Below, one piece after another: positions 49,494-60,211 of a stretch of DNA of 64,000 bases; position 1 is the first letter of the stretch, and every line of letters starts with the position of its first letter. The notes beneath the pieces are model-generated. The model was not told the origin of the DNA. It did no database searches and saw only the letters and a list, made by a program, of their open reading frames with translations. The DNA comes from an uncultured Gammaproteobacteria bacterium (GTDB lineage Bacteria; Patescibacteriota; Patescibacteriia; Magasanikbacterales; JBBTQS01): the NCBI GenBank assembly GCA_964627525.1, contig CAZVIA010000001.1, forward strand, positions 72,384 to 136,383, written 5' to 3'. Made by a program: the position numbers and the translations under genes.

Positions 49494-49650
49494 AAAAGTC
49501 GACCCCAGCTGATGTTAGTCAACTGGGGTCTTTTGTCACGCTCAGGTGTTGAACCTGAAACTTACGTTCGCGGAACCTGGGTTCGCGTAACAGTAGAACT
49601 GCGTGTTCGTGACGTTGGGTTGGGACAAAGGTCGATTCTCTAGCCAAGTT
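49494..49650 (-). ncRNA. putative ~150-nt small RNA
   Basis: TTGACA-17 nt-CATAAT promoter (about 49654-49682); nested stems; gaccccag..ctggggtc hairpin followed by U-tract. Confidence 0.55.
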
Positions 49651-49703
49651 GTATTATGGCGGGTTTGAAGAGTTTTGTCAAATTTTTTTGTTGAGATTTA
49701 TTT

Positions 49704-50102
49704 TTAGTTCTTATCCAAAACCTTATTTACCCACGCATCTGCAACTTTATTTTTTTCCCGACGAATATGTTTAAAATTTGCTTTTTTAAATTGCGAAGCA
49801 GTGTTCCATGCTTTTACAAAAAGTTTTTGCAAAGTAGGTTCTTTGACTCTCCAATTTTGTTTTAATTGTTCAACAACTAATTTTGAATCTAAAAAACATT
49901 CTACTTCAGTTGCACCTAAATCAAACGCACGATTTAGCCCAGAAATAATTGCAGAATATTCCGCAAAATTATTTGTTTGTTTTCCCAAATATTCACCATA
50001 TTCTGCCAGTACTTTTCCGCGCGCATCCAAAATAACAATTCCAGTTGCAGCTGGCCCAGGATTTCCTCTTGCTCCGCCGTCTGTGTAAATTAAAACTTTC
50101 AT
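49704..50102 (-). CDS. rnhA: ribonuclease HI family protein
   Basis: YTDGGARGNPG, TNNFAEY, DSKLVV and REKNKVAD motifs. Confidence 0.92.
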   Translation of the reverse strand: MKVLIYTDGGARGNPGPAATGIVILDARGKVLAEYGEYLGKQTNNFAEYSAIISGLNRAFDLGATEVECFLDSKLVVEQLKQNWRVKEPTLQKLFVKAWNTASQFKKANFKHIRREKNKVADAWVNKVLDKN

Positions 50103-50122
50103 AAATTAAAACCAAATTAAAT

Positions 50123-51862
50123 TTATAATTTTTTATAATCAACAATTTTTAATTGTAATTCGCGCCGTCCATTCCATTCATTTACACTCATTTCAAAAAC
50201 CATATCAATCATATCATGAGTTTTAATATCTTGTAACCATTTTTCACAACCAAATGCAATAAATTTTTGCACCTTAGTTCCATCCAAATGTTTTCCAAAC
50301 AATCGCATGTGCTTTCCGGTTTTTCCAATTGCTTGCACATCAACAACTTGAACATTTCGCATAACAAATAATGGTTCAGGATTTCCCATACCAAAAGGTG
50401 AAAATTTTTCCAAAACATTCCACAGTTGCCAATCAGCATCTTCAATTTTCATTTCAGCTTCAATTTCCAAAATTGGCACAAGATTTTTATCATTTAATTC
50501 TGCACGCGCAATTTCTGTCATTGTTTTTGTGAAATCAGGATAAGTTTCTTTTGACTTTAAAGAAAAACCACAAGCTTGTGGATGTCCACCATACTTTGAA
50601 AATAAATCAGGTGCTTGGTTTAAAGCATTTGTAATATCAAACTGTGGAATACTTCGACCAGATCCAACATAAGTTTCACCACCTTCACCTAAAACTATCA
50701 CTGGCTTAAAAAATTTATCTTTTAAACGACTCGCAATCAAACCAATTATTCCGGGAGACCAACCATCTCCACGTACAAATAAAATAAAATCATCTGCATC
50801 ATGATTTTCAGAAACAAATTTTTTAGCATCTTTGGTTAATTGTTCTGTGAGTTTTTGGCGCATCACATTGTACTCATGAATTTTTTGCGCCAAGTCCAGA
50901 GCTTTTGTATCTTCACTTTCCAGCATTAAAGCCAAAGCTTGGTTTGCGTCATGCATTCTACCAGCTGCATTTAATCTTGGTGCAATCCTAAAACCAATTG
51001 AAGTTGCATCTAGTTGTGCTCCTTTTTTAATTCCAGCAGTTTCCATTAATTTTTTTAAACCAAGTCTGCGAGTTTTATTTAAAACAACCAAACCATATTT
51101 AGTTAAGGTGCGAGTTTCATCAATTAAAGGAACCATATCTGCAACAGATGAAATTGCAACCAAATCCAACAGCCATTTTTCAAAAGCCTCATGAGTCATT
51201 TCGGAAATTTGTGTATTTTTATTTTTCTTGTGCGCAATTAATAAGGCTTGCGCAAATTTAAATGCAACACCACCTCCAGACAAAGTTTTATCTGGATAAG
51301 TTTCACCTTGAATTTTAGGGTGGAGAATTGAAAATGCTTCAGGTAATTCATCTGGCTCTTGATGATGATCTGTGATAATTGTTTCAATTCCGTTTTTTAA
51401 AGCTAAAGCAATTTCAGTTTTATTACTAACCCCACAATCACAAGTAACAATTAGCCCAACTTCGTCAGAAATAAATTTTTCAATTGTCTGATCGTTCATT
51501 CCATAACCATCTTTTTCGCGATGGGGTAAAAAGAAATCTAATTTTTTTGCACCCAAAGCTTGCAAAGTTACAAACAAAATTGCAGAACCACAAATTCCAT
51601 CTGCATCATAATCTCCATGAATCATTATTTTTTCGTCATTAGCAATTGCCTGAAAAACTCGTGCAACAGATTTTTCCATATCACGAAACAAAAAAGGATC
51701 GTGAATATCACGTTTATAATCTGGATATAAAAATTGATCTATTCGCGCCTCATCAACTAAATTACGATTGTGTAAAAGTTGCGAAACAATCGGATGTTGT
51801 TTTTTGTGCAATAACAAAAAAGCGTGCGGAACTTTTTGGGCTACTTGCCAAAGTTTTTCCAT
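50123..51862 (-). CDS. recJ: ssDNA exonuclease RecJ
   Basis: GDYDADG, TDHH, PRLNAAGR, GGH and PFGMGNPEP motifs. Confidence 0.97.
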   Translation of the reverse strand: MEKLWQVAQKVPHAFLLLHKKQHPIVSQLLHNRNLVDEARIDQFLYPDYKRDIHDPFLFRDMEKSVARVFQAIANDEKIMIHGDYDADGICGSAILFVTLQALGAKKLDFFLPHREKDGYGMNDQTIEKFISDEVGLIVTCDCGVSNKTEIALALKNGIETIITDHHQEPDELPEAFSILHPKIQGETYPDKTLSGGGVAFKFAQALLIAHKKNKNTQISEMTHEAFEKWLLDLVAISSVADMVPLIDETRTLTKYGLVVLNKTRRLGLKKLMETAGIKKGAQLDATSIGFRIAPRLNAAGRMHDANQALALMLESEDTKALDLAQKIHEYNVMRQKLTEQLTKDAKKFVSENHDADDFILFVRGDGWSPGIIGLIASRLKDKFFKPVIVLGEGGETYVGSGRSIPQFDITNALNQAPDLFSKYGGHPQACGFSLKSKETYPDFTKTMTEIARAELNDKNLVPILEIEAEMKIEDADWQLWNVLEKFSPFGMGNPEPLFVMRNVQVVDVQAIGKTGKHMRLFGKHLDGTKVQKFIAFGCEKWLQDIKTHDMIDMVFEMSVNEWNGRRELQLKIVDYKKL

Positions 51863-51880
51863 ACGCTAATTTCGTAAAAA

Positions 51881-51982
51881 TTAAATTGCGTTGAAAAATG
51901 GAATTAAAGTAAAGAACAGCATTCCAAAAATCATAATTGCAAATACTATTCCATTTAAAATTCGTTTTGTGCGTTTTTTCAT
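51881..51982 (-). CDS. 33-aa single-TM small protein (not in ORF track)
   Basis: MKKRTKRILNGIVFAIMIFGMLFFTLIPFFNAI; fills the lepA-recJ gap co-directionally. Confidence 0.6.
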   Translation of the reverse strand: MKKRTKRILNGIVFAIMIFGMLFFTLIPFFNAI

Positions 51983-52003
51983 ATTTTTTTGACTATCAAA
52001 TTT

Positions 52004-53797
52004 CTATCTTTTTAATACAGCCATGTATGCGTCTGTTGGAATATCAACTTTTCCAGCTCCACGCGCCATCATTTTTTTCTTACCTTTTTTCTGTTTTTCT
52101 AGTAACTTGCGTTTACGAGTTACATCACCACCATATAATTTTGCAGTAACATCTTTTCGCATTGCAGATAATCTTTCTGCTGCAATAACTTTTCCACCGA
52201 TCGCTGCTTGTATTTTTAATGCGAACATTTGGCGAGGCAAAGTATCTTTTAGTTTTTTCACGATTGCTTTTCCAATTTTAAAAGCTTCGTCTTTGCGAAC
52301 CAAAGTTGCCAATGCCTCCACTGGCTCTTCAGCAACTAAAATATCTAATCGCACAACATCAACTGGTCGCATTTCTGAAAACTCATAATTTAAAGATGCA
52401 TAACCAGCACTCGCACTTTTAAGTTTATCATAAAAATCCACAAGTATAGAAGACAACGGCAAACTATAATGCAAAATCGCGCGCTTATCTCCAGCAGCAC
52501 CTTCCAAATATTCAGTGTTTGCATATTCACCATATTTTTCCTGAACAATCGGCATAATATTTCCAATTGTTTCTTGTGTGGTAATAATATCAATTTTCAC
52601 CCAAGGTTCTTGCACTTCTTGCACATGACTTGGTTCGGGCAAATCCAAAGGACTTTTTATCGTAAACTCATCACCATTTGTTCGCTTAACAGTGTAAGCA
52701 ACAGAAGGAACAGTTACAATAATTTCCAAATTATATTCGCGACTCAAACGTTCTTGTACAATTTCCAAATGTAATAATCCCAAAAATCCACACCTAAACC
52801 CAAATCCCAAAGCTTTAGAATGTTCAGGTTCAAAATGCAAAGAAGCATCAGACAAAGAAAGTTTATCAATAGCATCACGCAGTTCAGTGTATTCATTTCC
52901 TTCTTTTGGGAAAAATCCCGCAAAAACCATTGGTTTAATTTCTTTATAACCTTCCAAAGCTTTTACATTTTTATGATCCTTATTTAAAGTAATTGTGTCA
53001 CCAACCCTACAAGCTTTAATATCTTTAAAACCTGTCACCAACATTCCAATCTCGCCTGTAGCAATTTTTTTTGTGGAAGAAAATTTTGGTTTAAAATATC
53101 CAACATCAGTTGTTTCAGCAGTTTTTTCAGTTCCAATAAAAAATAATTTATCTCCTTTGGAAATTTCACCACTCATAACTCTTATTGAAGCAACAACTCC
53201 ACGAAACTCATCATAGTAAGAATCAAAAATCAAAGCTTGCAAAATGTTTTCTTTAGAAGTTTTTGGAGAAGGAATACGATCAATCACAGCTTTTAAAATT
53301 TCTTCGACACCTTCGCCAGTTTTTGCGCTAGCACAAATAATTTCTTCATCTTTACAACCAATCAATCCTTTAATTTCAGCTTTTGTTTTTTCTAAATCTG
53401 CATTTGGTAAATCAATTTTATTTACAACAGGAATTATTTCTAAATCTTGATCTAAAGCTAAATATAAATTTCCTAAAGTTTGTGCTTGGACACCTTGGGT
53501 TGCATCAACTAATAACAACACACCTTCAACAGCAACTAAAGATCGAGAAACTTCATAAGTAAAATCCACATGTCCAGGTGTATCAATCAAATTTAAAACA
53601 TGTCCACTATAATCCATTCGTACTGGTTGCAACTTAATTGTAATTCCACGTTCACGTTCTAATTCCATTTGATCTAATAATTGATCTTTCATGTCACGTT
53701 CAGAAACAGTTCCAGTAAATTCCAAAAGACGGTCAGCTAGAGTTGACTTACCATGATCAATATGGGCGATGATACTAAAGTTTCTTATTTTGTCCAT
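52004..53797 (-). CDS. lepA: elongation factor 4
   Basis: IRNFSIIAHIDHGKSTLADR, GFRCGFLGLLH and YGGDVTRKRKLL motifs. Confidence 0.99.
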   Translation of the reverse strand: MDKIRNFSIIAHIDHGKSTLADRLLEFTGTVSERDMKDQLLDQMELERERGITIKLQPVRMDYSGHVLNLIDTPGHVDFTYEVSRSLVAVEGVLLLVDATQGVQAQTLGNLYLALDQDLEIIPVVNKIDLPNADLEKTKAEIKGLIGCKDEEIICASAKTGEGVEEILKAVIDRIPSPKTSKENILQALIFDSYYDEFRGVVASIRVMSGEISKGDKLFFIGTEKTAETTDVGYFKPKFSSTKKIATGEIGMLVTGFKDIKACRVGDTITLNKDHKNVKALEGYKEIKPMVFAGFFPKEGNEYTELRDAIDKLSLSDASLHFEPEHSKALGFGFRCGFLGLLHLEIVQERLSREYNLEIIVTVPSVAYTVKRTNGDEFTIKSPLDLPEPSHVQEVQEPWVKIDIITTQETIGNIMPIVQEKYGEYANTEYLEGAAGDKRAILHYSLPLSSILVDFYDKLKSASAGYASLNYEFSEMRPVDVVRLDILVAEEPVEALATLVRKDEAFKIGKAIVKKLKDTLPRQMFALKIQAAIGGKVIAAERLSAMRKDVTAKLYGGDVTRKRKLLEKQKKGKKKMMARGAGKVDIPTDAYMAVLKR

Positions 53798-53812
53798 AAA
53801 TTAATCAACAAT

Positions 53813-55432
53813 TTAATCAGCGTGTGTGCTAGTGTCTGGCATTTCAACCGCAACTTCTTTTTGTTTAAAAACTCGTCTTTTTATTGCTCCTAAAAGATGT
53901 AACATTTCATCTGATTTTAATATGTACATTACTAAACAATAAACAATTAGGCCGAGCAAACCAGCCACTAATCCTTGTGTAAATACAGCCCAAAATGTTT
54001 GTGTACCAAGAGTCTCACCAATCCAAGTTTTTGTCAATTGAACTAACCCTGCCATTATAATTGCTGATCCAAAAGTTTTATATAAAGATGTGAGAATTTT
54101 TTGCTCATGCAAAGTTCCAACTTCTATTCTTAAGGCAACCCATAACAAAGCAAATTGAACGATTACACCAATTGAAAACGCTAGAGCAATTCCTGCTACT
54201 CCCAAAATGTTTTTTAAATATAAAGCCAAAATAACATTTACAAAAATTCCAACAACAGCTGCGTACAAAGGAGTTTTTGTATTGTGCATTGCATAAAAAG
54301 CTCTGTTCACCATTGGTAATAAAGCTTGCGCAAATAAAGATAAAGTGAAAAACGCTAAAGTGTCGCCAGTTGTAATTGTAGCAGTCCAATCAAAAGCACC
54401 TGTTCCCAAAACCACACGAGTAATTTGTGCGCGCAATAATAAAAATAAAACACTAATCGGCACAATAAAAAATAAAATTTGGCGAGTTGTATTATTAATA
54501 TGCCCAACCATTTTTTCAATATGGCCTTTGCTAACCATTGCACAAAAAGTTGGAAACGCAGCTATGCCAAATGATACTCCAAAAATTCCAATAGGGAAGT
54601 GCTGCAAATTATTTGCATAATGAAAAACCGCAACAGAACCAACTGCCAAAGTAGAAGCAATTGTTGTCATTATAATTACATTAATTTGTGTTGCACCCAA
54701 AGACAAAGCGCGCGGAACCATCATGCGAATAATTTCATGCAAAGCACGGCTTTTCAAATTCAGTACACGAGAAAATTTAAACCCAGCTTTAATTAAAACA
54801 GGAATCTGAATCAACAAATGCAAAACCGCTCCAATAATTACACCAATTGCTAAGCCATCTGGCCCCATTGTTGGCGCCAAAAACATTGCACCAAAAATTA
54901 TTCCAATATTATAAAAAACCGGAGTCAGTGCATAAATAAAAAAGTATCGTAAGGTTTGTAAAACACCAGACACAACAGAACTAACCCCTAAAATTATCGG
55001 ACTAATAAACATTATCCGCATTAAGCGAGTTGTGAGTTCTAATTTTTCTGGAGAAAATCCAGGAGCAACAACTTCAGCCAAAGCTGGAGCAAAAATAATC
55101 AAGACCACACCAATACCTATTAACAAAAGCCCCAATAAATTTACAGTTGTATTAACTAATTCCCATGCTTTTTGTTTATTAGTTTCCCACAACCGAGAAA
55201 AAACTGGAATAAATCCAGCAGACAAAGCACCCATCACCAACAACATATAAATCAGATCTGGAAAACGAAACGCTGCAACATAAGCATCCATTATATCTCC
55301 AGCACCAAACTGATGTGCAAAAACTCTTTCACGAATTATTCCAATGAACCTACTCAAAAAAGAAGCACCAGCCAAAATGATAGCAGCACTTGTGATTGTT
55401 TTGCTTTGTCCATTTAAAAGTTTTTTGAACAT
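53813..55432 (-). CDS. murJ: lipid II flippase MurJ
   Basis: SRFIGIIRE, AFRFPD, GALSAGFIPVF and RAFYA..TKTP motifs. Confidence 0.95.
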   Translation of the reverse strand: MFKKLLNGQSKTITSAAIILAGASFLSRFIGIIRERVFAHQFGAGDIMDAYVAAFRFPDLIYMLLVMGALSAGFIPVFSRLWETNKQKAWELVNTTVNLLGLLLIGIGVVLIIFAPALAEVVAPGFSPEKLELTTRLMRIMFISPIILGVSSVVSGVLQTLRYFFIYALTPVFYNIGIIFGAMFLAPTMGPDGLAIGVIIGAVLHLLIQIPVLIKAGFKFSRVLNLKSRALHEIIRMMVPRALSLGATQINVIIMTTIASTLAVGSVAVFHYANNLQHFPIGIFGVSFGIAAFPTFCAMVSKGHIEKMVGHINNTTRQILFFIVPISVLFLLLRAQITRVVLGTGAFDWTATITTGDTLAFFTLSLFAQALLPMVNRAFYAMHNTKTPLYAAVVGIFVNVILALYLKNILGVAGIALAFSIGVIVQFALLWVALRIEVGTLHEQKILTSLYKTFGSAIIMAGLVQLTKTWIGETLGTQTFWAVFTQGLVAGLLGLIVYCLVMYILKSDEMLHLLGAIKRRVFKQKEVAVEMPDTSTHAD

Positions 55433-55489
55433 GTTTTTAGTTTCGGGCTAATTTTTTTTTGGCTAATTAGTTCAGGCTAATTTCAGAAG

Positions 55490-56176
55490 TTATTTTTTTG
55501 TAGGAAAATCAACAGTCAAAGTCATATAATCAGTTCCGCGCAATTCAGTGTCTAAATCTTCTAAAAATAAAGTTCCGCGCACATCACCCTTAGAAAAAAT
55601 TATTTTATGAACTTCGTCAGTCCGCGCAACCCTTTCATAAGTATATCCACTATTCCCAAATTCATTCATGTAAAAATCTGAAATAAATTCTATTTCAGCA
55701 CCTAAGTCAGCCCACTCAATTGCAACTGTATCTGTTTGTTTGCCAATTGGTGTTGTGGCAAAATTCATAAAGTCATCCCAACTTAATTCTTTTTTATAAA
55801 CCACATGCCCAGACTTAACTGATTTTTCCAGTTGACGTTCAGGATTTAAAGTCAAAAAGATAGGGGACAAGATAATTTTTGGAACTAAAGCTGCAATTTC
55901 AAATCCACGGTTTTTAGTTTTTCCAGAAACAAAATAAGTTTGTTCAATTTTTTCCACATTATACAAACTAAAATCCTGTGGAAAGTGAGAAGGAATTCCA
56001 TTGATATCTTTTGGTCCTGGACCCATTGCAACTCTTACCAAAACAATTATAAAAGCAACAAACAATGCGATGCAGCCAAGGCCACTCACACAGCTTCTTT
56101 TTAAGCAAGATTGCTTTTTCCCAAGCGTCTTGATTGTTGGATCTTGGATCTCAACTGAATTTGGTTCTTGACGCAT
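55490..56176 (-). CDS. hypothetical membrane-anchored protein
   Basis: 228-aa ORF with N-terminal TM. Confidence 0.7.
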   Translation of the reverse strand: MRQEPNSVEIQDPTIKTLGKKQSCLKRSCVSGLGCIALFVAFIIVLVRVAMGPGPKDINGIPSHFPQDFSLYNVEKIEQTYFVSGKTKNRGFEIAALVPKIILSPIFLTLNPERQLEKSVKSGHVVYKKELSWDDFMNFATTPIGKQTDTVAIEWADLGAEIEFISDFYMNEFGNSGYTYERVARTDEVHKIIFSKGDVRGTLFLEDLDTELRGTDYMTLTVDFPTKK

Positions 56177-56222
56177 ATGTTGTACAGATATTTTAACAAA
56201 AAATGTGCTACAATACCAGCGT

Positions 56223-57584
56223 ATGCAGATTCAATTTTTTGGAGCCACTAGAGAAGTTACTGGCTCGTGTAATTTAGTAAAATTGCATGAAAATAAAATA
56301 CTAGTCGATTGTGGCTTGTTTCAAGGTTCAAGATTTGCTTCTGAAAAGAATTTTGAGCCATTTAAGTTTGATCCAACAAAGATCGATACTGTTTTAATAA
56401 CTCATGCGCACATAGATCATTGTGGACGAATTCCAAAATTAGTGCACGAAGGTTTTCGTGGAAAAATTATTGCAAGCGAGCCAACAGCTGAACTTGTAAA
56501 ATTAATGTGGCAAGATGCTGTGCGAATAATGCGTTATGGTTTTGAAAAAACAAAACAGCCAATGTTGTTTCAAGAAGAAGATGTTAAATTGGCGCTGTCA
56601 TTGATTGATTCAGTTCCATATCATGAGCCAGTTAGGTTGCCAGACAATGCAACAGCAACTTTTTATGATGCAGGTCATGTGTTAGGTTCTTCTTGGATAA
56701 AAATTCAACTAAACGGAAAGTCAGTTGTTTTTTCTGGTGATATTGGAAATGATGATGTTCCAATTATTCGTGACACAGAACCAATTGGAAAAGCTGATGT
56801 TGTTGTTTGTGAATCAACTTATGGTGATCGCACACATGAAAGTCCTGCGGTTCGTTCTACAAAATTAAAAAAAGTAATTGAAAATGCTGTTGAGCGCGGT
56901 GGAGCTTTAATGATTCCAGCTTTTTCTTTAGAAAGAACTCAAGAAATTTTATATGAATTAAATTGGCTAACAGAAGAATGTAAATGTTTGCCACACGTGC
57001 CAATTTTTCTAGATAGTCCACTGGCAATTGCAGCTACAGATGTTTTTAAAAAATATACAAATTATTATGATCGTGAGGCCAAGGAAATCAGATCTGTTGA
57101 CAGTGATTTGTTTGATTTTCCTAGATTAGAAGTTACACAATCAAGTCATGCTTCTCGTAAAATAAATGACCGTAATAATCCAAAAGTAATTATTGCAGGT
57201 GGTGGGATGATGGTAGGTGGAAGAATTTTGCATCACTTGATTAGGTATTTGCAAGATCCAAAATCTACTTTATTGATTGTTTCTTATCAAGCTGAAGGAA
57301 CTTTGGGTAGAAAAATTCAAGACGGCGCAAAGTCAGTTTCAATTTTTGGAAAACAGATTGAAGTTAAATGTCATATAGAAAAAATTGGTTCATATAGTGC
57401 GCATGGTGATCAGAAAAAAATGTTAAGGTGGTTGCAAACAGCAGATCCAACACCAGAACATATTTATTTAAATCATGGAGATCCTGATTCGCAAGATGAG
57501 TTTATAAAATATATTGAAACTGAAATAAAAACAAAAGCAAGTGCACCAGAGTTTGGTGGAATTGCAGAAATTCCTCTGGATTAG
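56223..57584 (+). CDS. MBL-fold beta-CASP ribonuclease
   Basis: GATREVTGS, THAHIDH, AGHVLGS, ESTYG, SAHGD and HG motifs. Confidence 0.93.
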   Translation: MQIQFFGATREVTGSCNLVKLHENKILVDCGLFQGSRFASEKNFEPFKFDPTKIDTVLITHAHIDHCGRIPKLVHEGFRGKIIASEPTAELVKLMWQDAVRIMRYGFEKTKQPMLFQEEDVKLALSLIDSVPYHEPVRLPDNATATFYDAGHVLGSSWIKIQLNGKSVVFSGDIGNDDVPIIRDTEPIGKADVVVCESTYGDRTHESPAVRSTKLKKVIENAVERGGALMIPAFSLERTQEILYELNWLTEECKCLPHVPIFLDSPLAIAATDVFKKYTNYYDREAKEIRSVDSDLFDFPRLEVTQSSHASRKINDRNNPKVIIAGGGMMVGGRILHHLIRYLQDPKSTLLIVSYQAEGTLGRKIQDGAKSVSIFGKQIEVKCHIEKIGSYSAHGDQKKMLRWLQTADPTPEHIYLNHGDPDSQDEFIKYIETEIKTKASAPEFGGIAEIPLD

Positions 57585-57587
57585 ATT

Positions 57588-58943
57588 ATGAAAAAACTTT
57601 ACATTGCTGCGATGATTTTTGTTGCGATTTTTGCTGTTTGTATTAGGTTCAATAATTTACAAAATTATTCAACAGTTTGGGCAGATGATGGGGGAGCGCA
57701 CATGCAATATGTTGAAATAGTTTTGCGTGAACATGTTTTGCCAACAATGGATCAAACTTATTTAGCTTGGCACGAACCACTTTATTATGTTGTAAATGCA
57801 GTTTGGATTCAGTGGGGCGAGTGGTTAGGTTTCCAAGGATTAAATTTGTGGGAAACTTTAAATTTTGTTATCGGGTTATTGTTTTTAGTGGTAGTTGGTT
57901 GGTTTACTTATGTTTTTTCAAAAGACAAATGGTTGGCTTTGTTAAATGTTTTTTTGTTCACGGTTTTTTTTCAAAGTGTAAAACTTAGTGCGTTTGTAAA
58001 TAATGAATTATTAGCCCAAACTTTAATTGTCTTGCTAGTTGGGTTATTTATTTTTTGGAAATTATTTGAGCTGGGCAAAATTAAACAAGTTGTGTTGTGG
58101 TCTGTAATTTTGGGTTTGGCTTTGTTAGCAAAATTAACAGTTGTAATTGTTTTTATTGCAGTGGGAATTTTGTGGCTAGGTTATGCTTTGATTAAGAAAA
58201 AACCACACACAATAAAATATTTAATTTTGTGCGCAGTAATTGTTGGTGCAATAAATACACCTTGGTTAATTTATAAACAGCAAAATTTTGGTCATGCATT
58301 TTCCACAAATATTTATGAACAAAACACAAAGCAATCTTTATTAACAAGTGATGCTTGGGATTATATTTTTGAAATTGATTTAGCTTTTATAAAAACTTAT
58401 CCATATTGGCACGGAAAAATTATTCCAGTATCTTATTCTTTTGCAGGAATTTTTATTGCAGACAGTTTTTCAGATTATTATAATTTATTTACAAATGCAG
58501 ATGCTGTTGAAAATTTAGCAGATGAACAAAAACAAATTGTTGGAAATGGTCGTGCAGTGAATTTAGAAAATTGGAATAACATGTTGTGGATGAATAGGTT
58601 GGGATTACTTTTTGTGATGATTTGGCTGGCGGGGTTGTTAGTATTATTTTGGCGATTGATTTTTGCACAAAAGTTTAAGCAAAAAAATAATTGGTATGAA
58701 TATTTTGTGATTTTGATTTTAATAGGTGGTTGGTTGGCGCTTTTGTATAATAATTTAAGACATCCGTATTTAGAGCGTGGAGTTTTAAAAACTTCATTTA
58801 TATTATTTACTTTCCCGATTTGGACGACTTTAGCTTATCAAGGTTGGCACAAAATTATTAAGAAAAAAACATTATTGTTTAGCTTGATGCTTGTGTTAAT
58901 TGTGATATATGCTGTAATTGCATGGCCAGTGATTTTTGTATGA
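57588..58943 (+). CDS. GT-C fold (ArnT/PMT-like) membrane glycosyltransferase
   Basis: WADD, HEPLYY, NNE and LLAK motifs; many TM helices; coupled to the next gene. Confidence 0.75.
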   Translation: MKKLYIAAMIFVAIFAVCIRFNNLQNYSTVWADDGGAHMQYVEIVLREHVLPTMDQTYLAWHEPLYYVVNAVWIQWGEWLGFQGLNLWETLNFVIGLLFLVVVGWFTYVFSKDKWLALLNVFLFTVFFQSVKLSAFVNNELLAQTLIVLLVGLFIFWKLFELGKIKQVVLWSVILGLALLAKLTVVIVFIAVGILWLGYALIKKKPHTIKYLILCAVIVGAINTPWLIYKQQNFGHAFSTNIYEQNTKQSLLTSDAWDYIFEIDLAFIKTYPYWHGKIIPVSYSFAGIFIADSFSDYYNLFTNADAVENLADEQKQIVGNGRAVNLENWNNMLWMNRLGLLFVMIWLAGLLVLFWRLIFAQKFKQKNNWYEYFVILILIGGWLALLYNNLRHPYLERGVLKTSFILFTFPIWTTLAYQGWHKIIKKKTLLFSLMLVLIVIYAVIAWPVIFV

Positions 58944-59653
58944 AGACTTTAGTTATAATTCCAACTTATAATGAAAAAGAAAACATTGAAAAATTAATCA
59001 ATGAGGTTTTGAAATTTAATGTTAATGTTTTGGTTGTAGATGATAATTCTCCAGATGGTACGGGCGAAATTGTTAAAAATATGTTAAGGCAAAATTCAGC
59101 ACAAAGGTCTGGGCAAAATGTAAATTTAATTAAGCGTGCACAAAAGTTAGGTTTGGGAAGTGCATATCAAGCTGGTTTTAAATGGGGGATTGAAAATAAT
59201 TTTGATTTGTTTTTTCAAATGGATGCAGATTTTTCTCATGATCCAAAAGATTTGCAAAAAATGATTCAGGAAATTCAAAACAGTGCAGAAGTTGTAATTG
59301 GTTCTCGCAGAATTCTTGGTGGAAAAATTATTGGATGGAGTTGGTTTAGACATTTTTCAAGTTGGGGAGCCATGAGTTTTTCAAGATTAATTTTAAGATT
59401 AAAAACAAAAGATGTCACAGCTGGTTATCGTGCGTTTACAAAAAATGCTTTAGCAAAGATTAATTGGCAAAATGTTAAATCAAATGGTTATGCTTTTCAA
59501 GAGGAGATAATTTATTTGTGTGAGCGTGCTGGATTGAAAATTAAAGAAGTTCCGGTTGTATTTGTGGATCGTAAAGTAGGGAAGTCAAAGTTGGGGATTA
59601 AAGAGATTTTTAATTTTTTTAAAACTTTGTTTAGGTTGTTTTTTTCAAAATAA
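58940..59653 (+). CDS. polyprenol-phosphate glycosyl(mannosyl)transferase, GT2
   Basis: IIPTYNE, VDDNSPDGT, MDADFSH and GYAFQ motifs. Confidence 0.92.
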   Translation: MKTLVIIPTYNEKENIEKLINEVLKFNVNVLVVDDNSPDGTGEIVKNMLRQNSAQRSGQNVNLIKRAQKLGLGSAYQAGFKWGIENNFDLFFQMDADFSHDPKDLQKMIQEIQNSAEVVIGSRRILGGKIIGWSWFRHFSSWGAMSFSRLILRLKTKDVTAGYRAFTKNALAKINWQNVKSNGYAFQEEIIYLCERAGLKIKEVPVVFVDRKVGKSKLGIKEIFNFFKTLFRLFFSK

Positions 59654-59677
59654 CATCATTCAAAATAATTTTTAATA

Positions 59678-60211
59678 AAAAAAGACCCCCCGCACTATGT
59701 TACAATTCGTGCGTAAGGGCCTTGTTTTGGGGGGTCTTCAGACGCCGCCATGTCCCCCCGGTTCAGTACTCCAGGATTAGAAGGACTTGCATCTCTTCTG
59801 CCTTCCTTTGGCTTTTGAGGTCAGCCACTCCAGAGAGCCATCGCGTTTTTTTTGCGGTTGTTACAAAGGTGCGATAACTGTTTTTGACAATTTCGTATCG
59901 TGCTGTCGTCAGCAGTCAACTTAGTTTCTTAAAACTCGCTTTGTTTATTCTGCTGTTTTTACACTGCAGGTTGTTTTGCGAGTTACACATGCTTTCATGC
60001 TTTCATAGTCCTTGGAGGTTCAGATTAACATCCTCCCCAAGCTACACCGCCTTGTGTGTTTAGGCGCTGAGGTGCTTCCACCTAACTGATTCAGTCAGGC
60101 TTTAGTAGCCGTGCGAGCAGAACCATTTCTCGCGTACCTCCTTTGCTGGCTTTTGTACGCATTACCAGCGTTTTACTGCTCGTGGTTCTTTTTGTACAAG
60201 TAAGCAGTAAA
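59678..60211 (-). ncRNA. putative large structured ncRNA A (~530 nt)
   Basis: Promoter TTGACA(60244-60239)-17 nt-TACAAT(60221-60216); many hairpins; 3' aagacccccc/ggggggtctt stem followed by U-tract; no long ORF. Confidence 0.65.
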
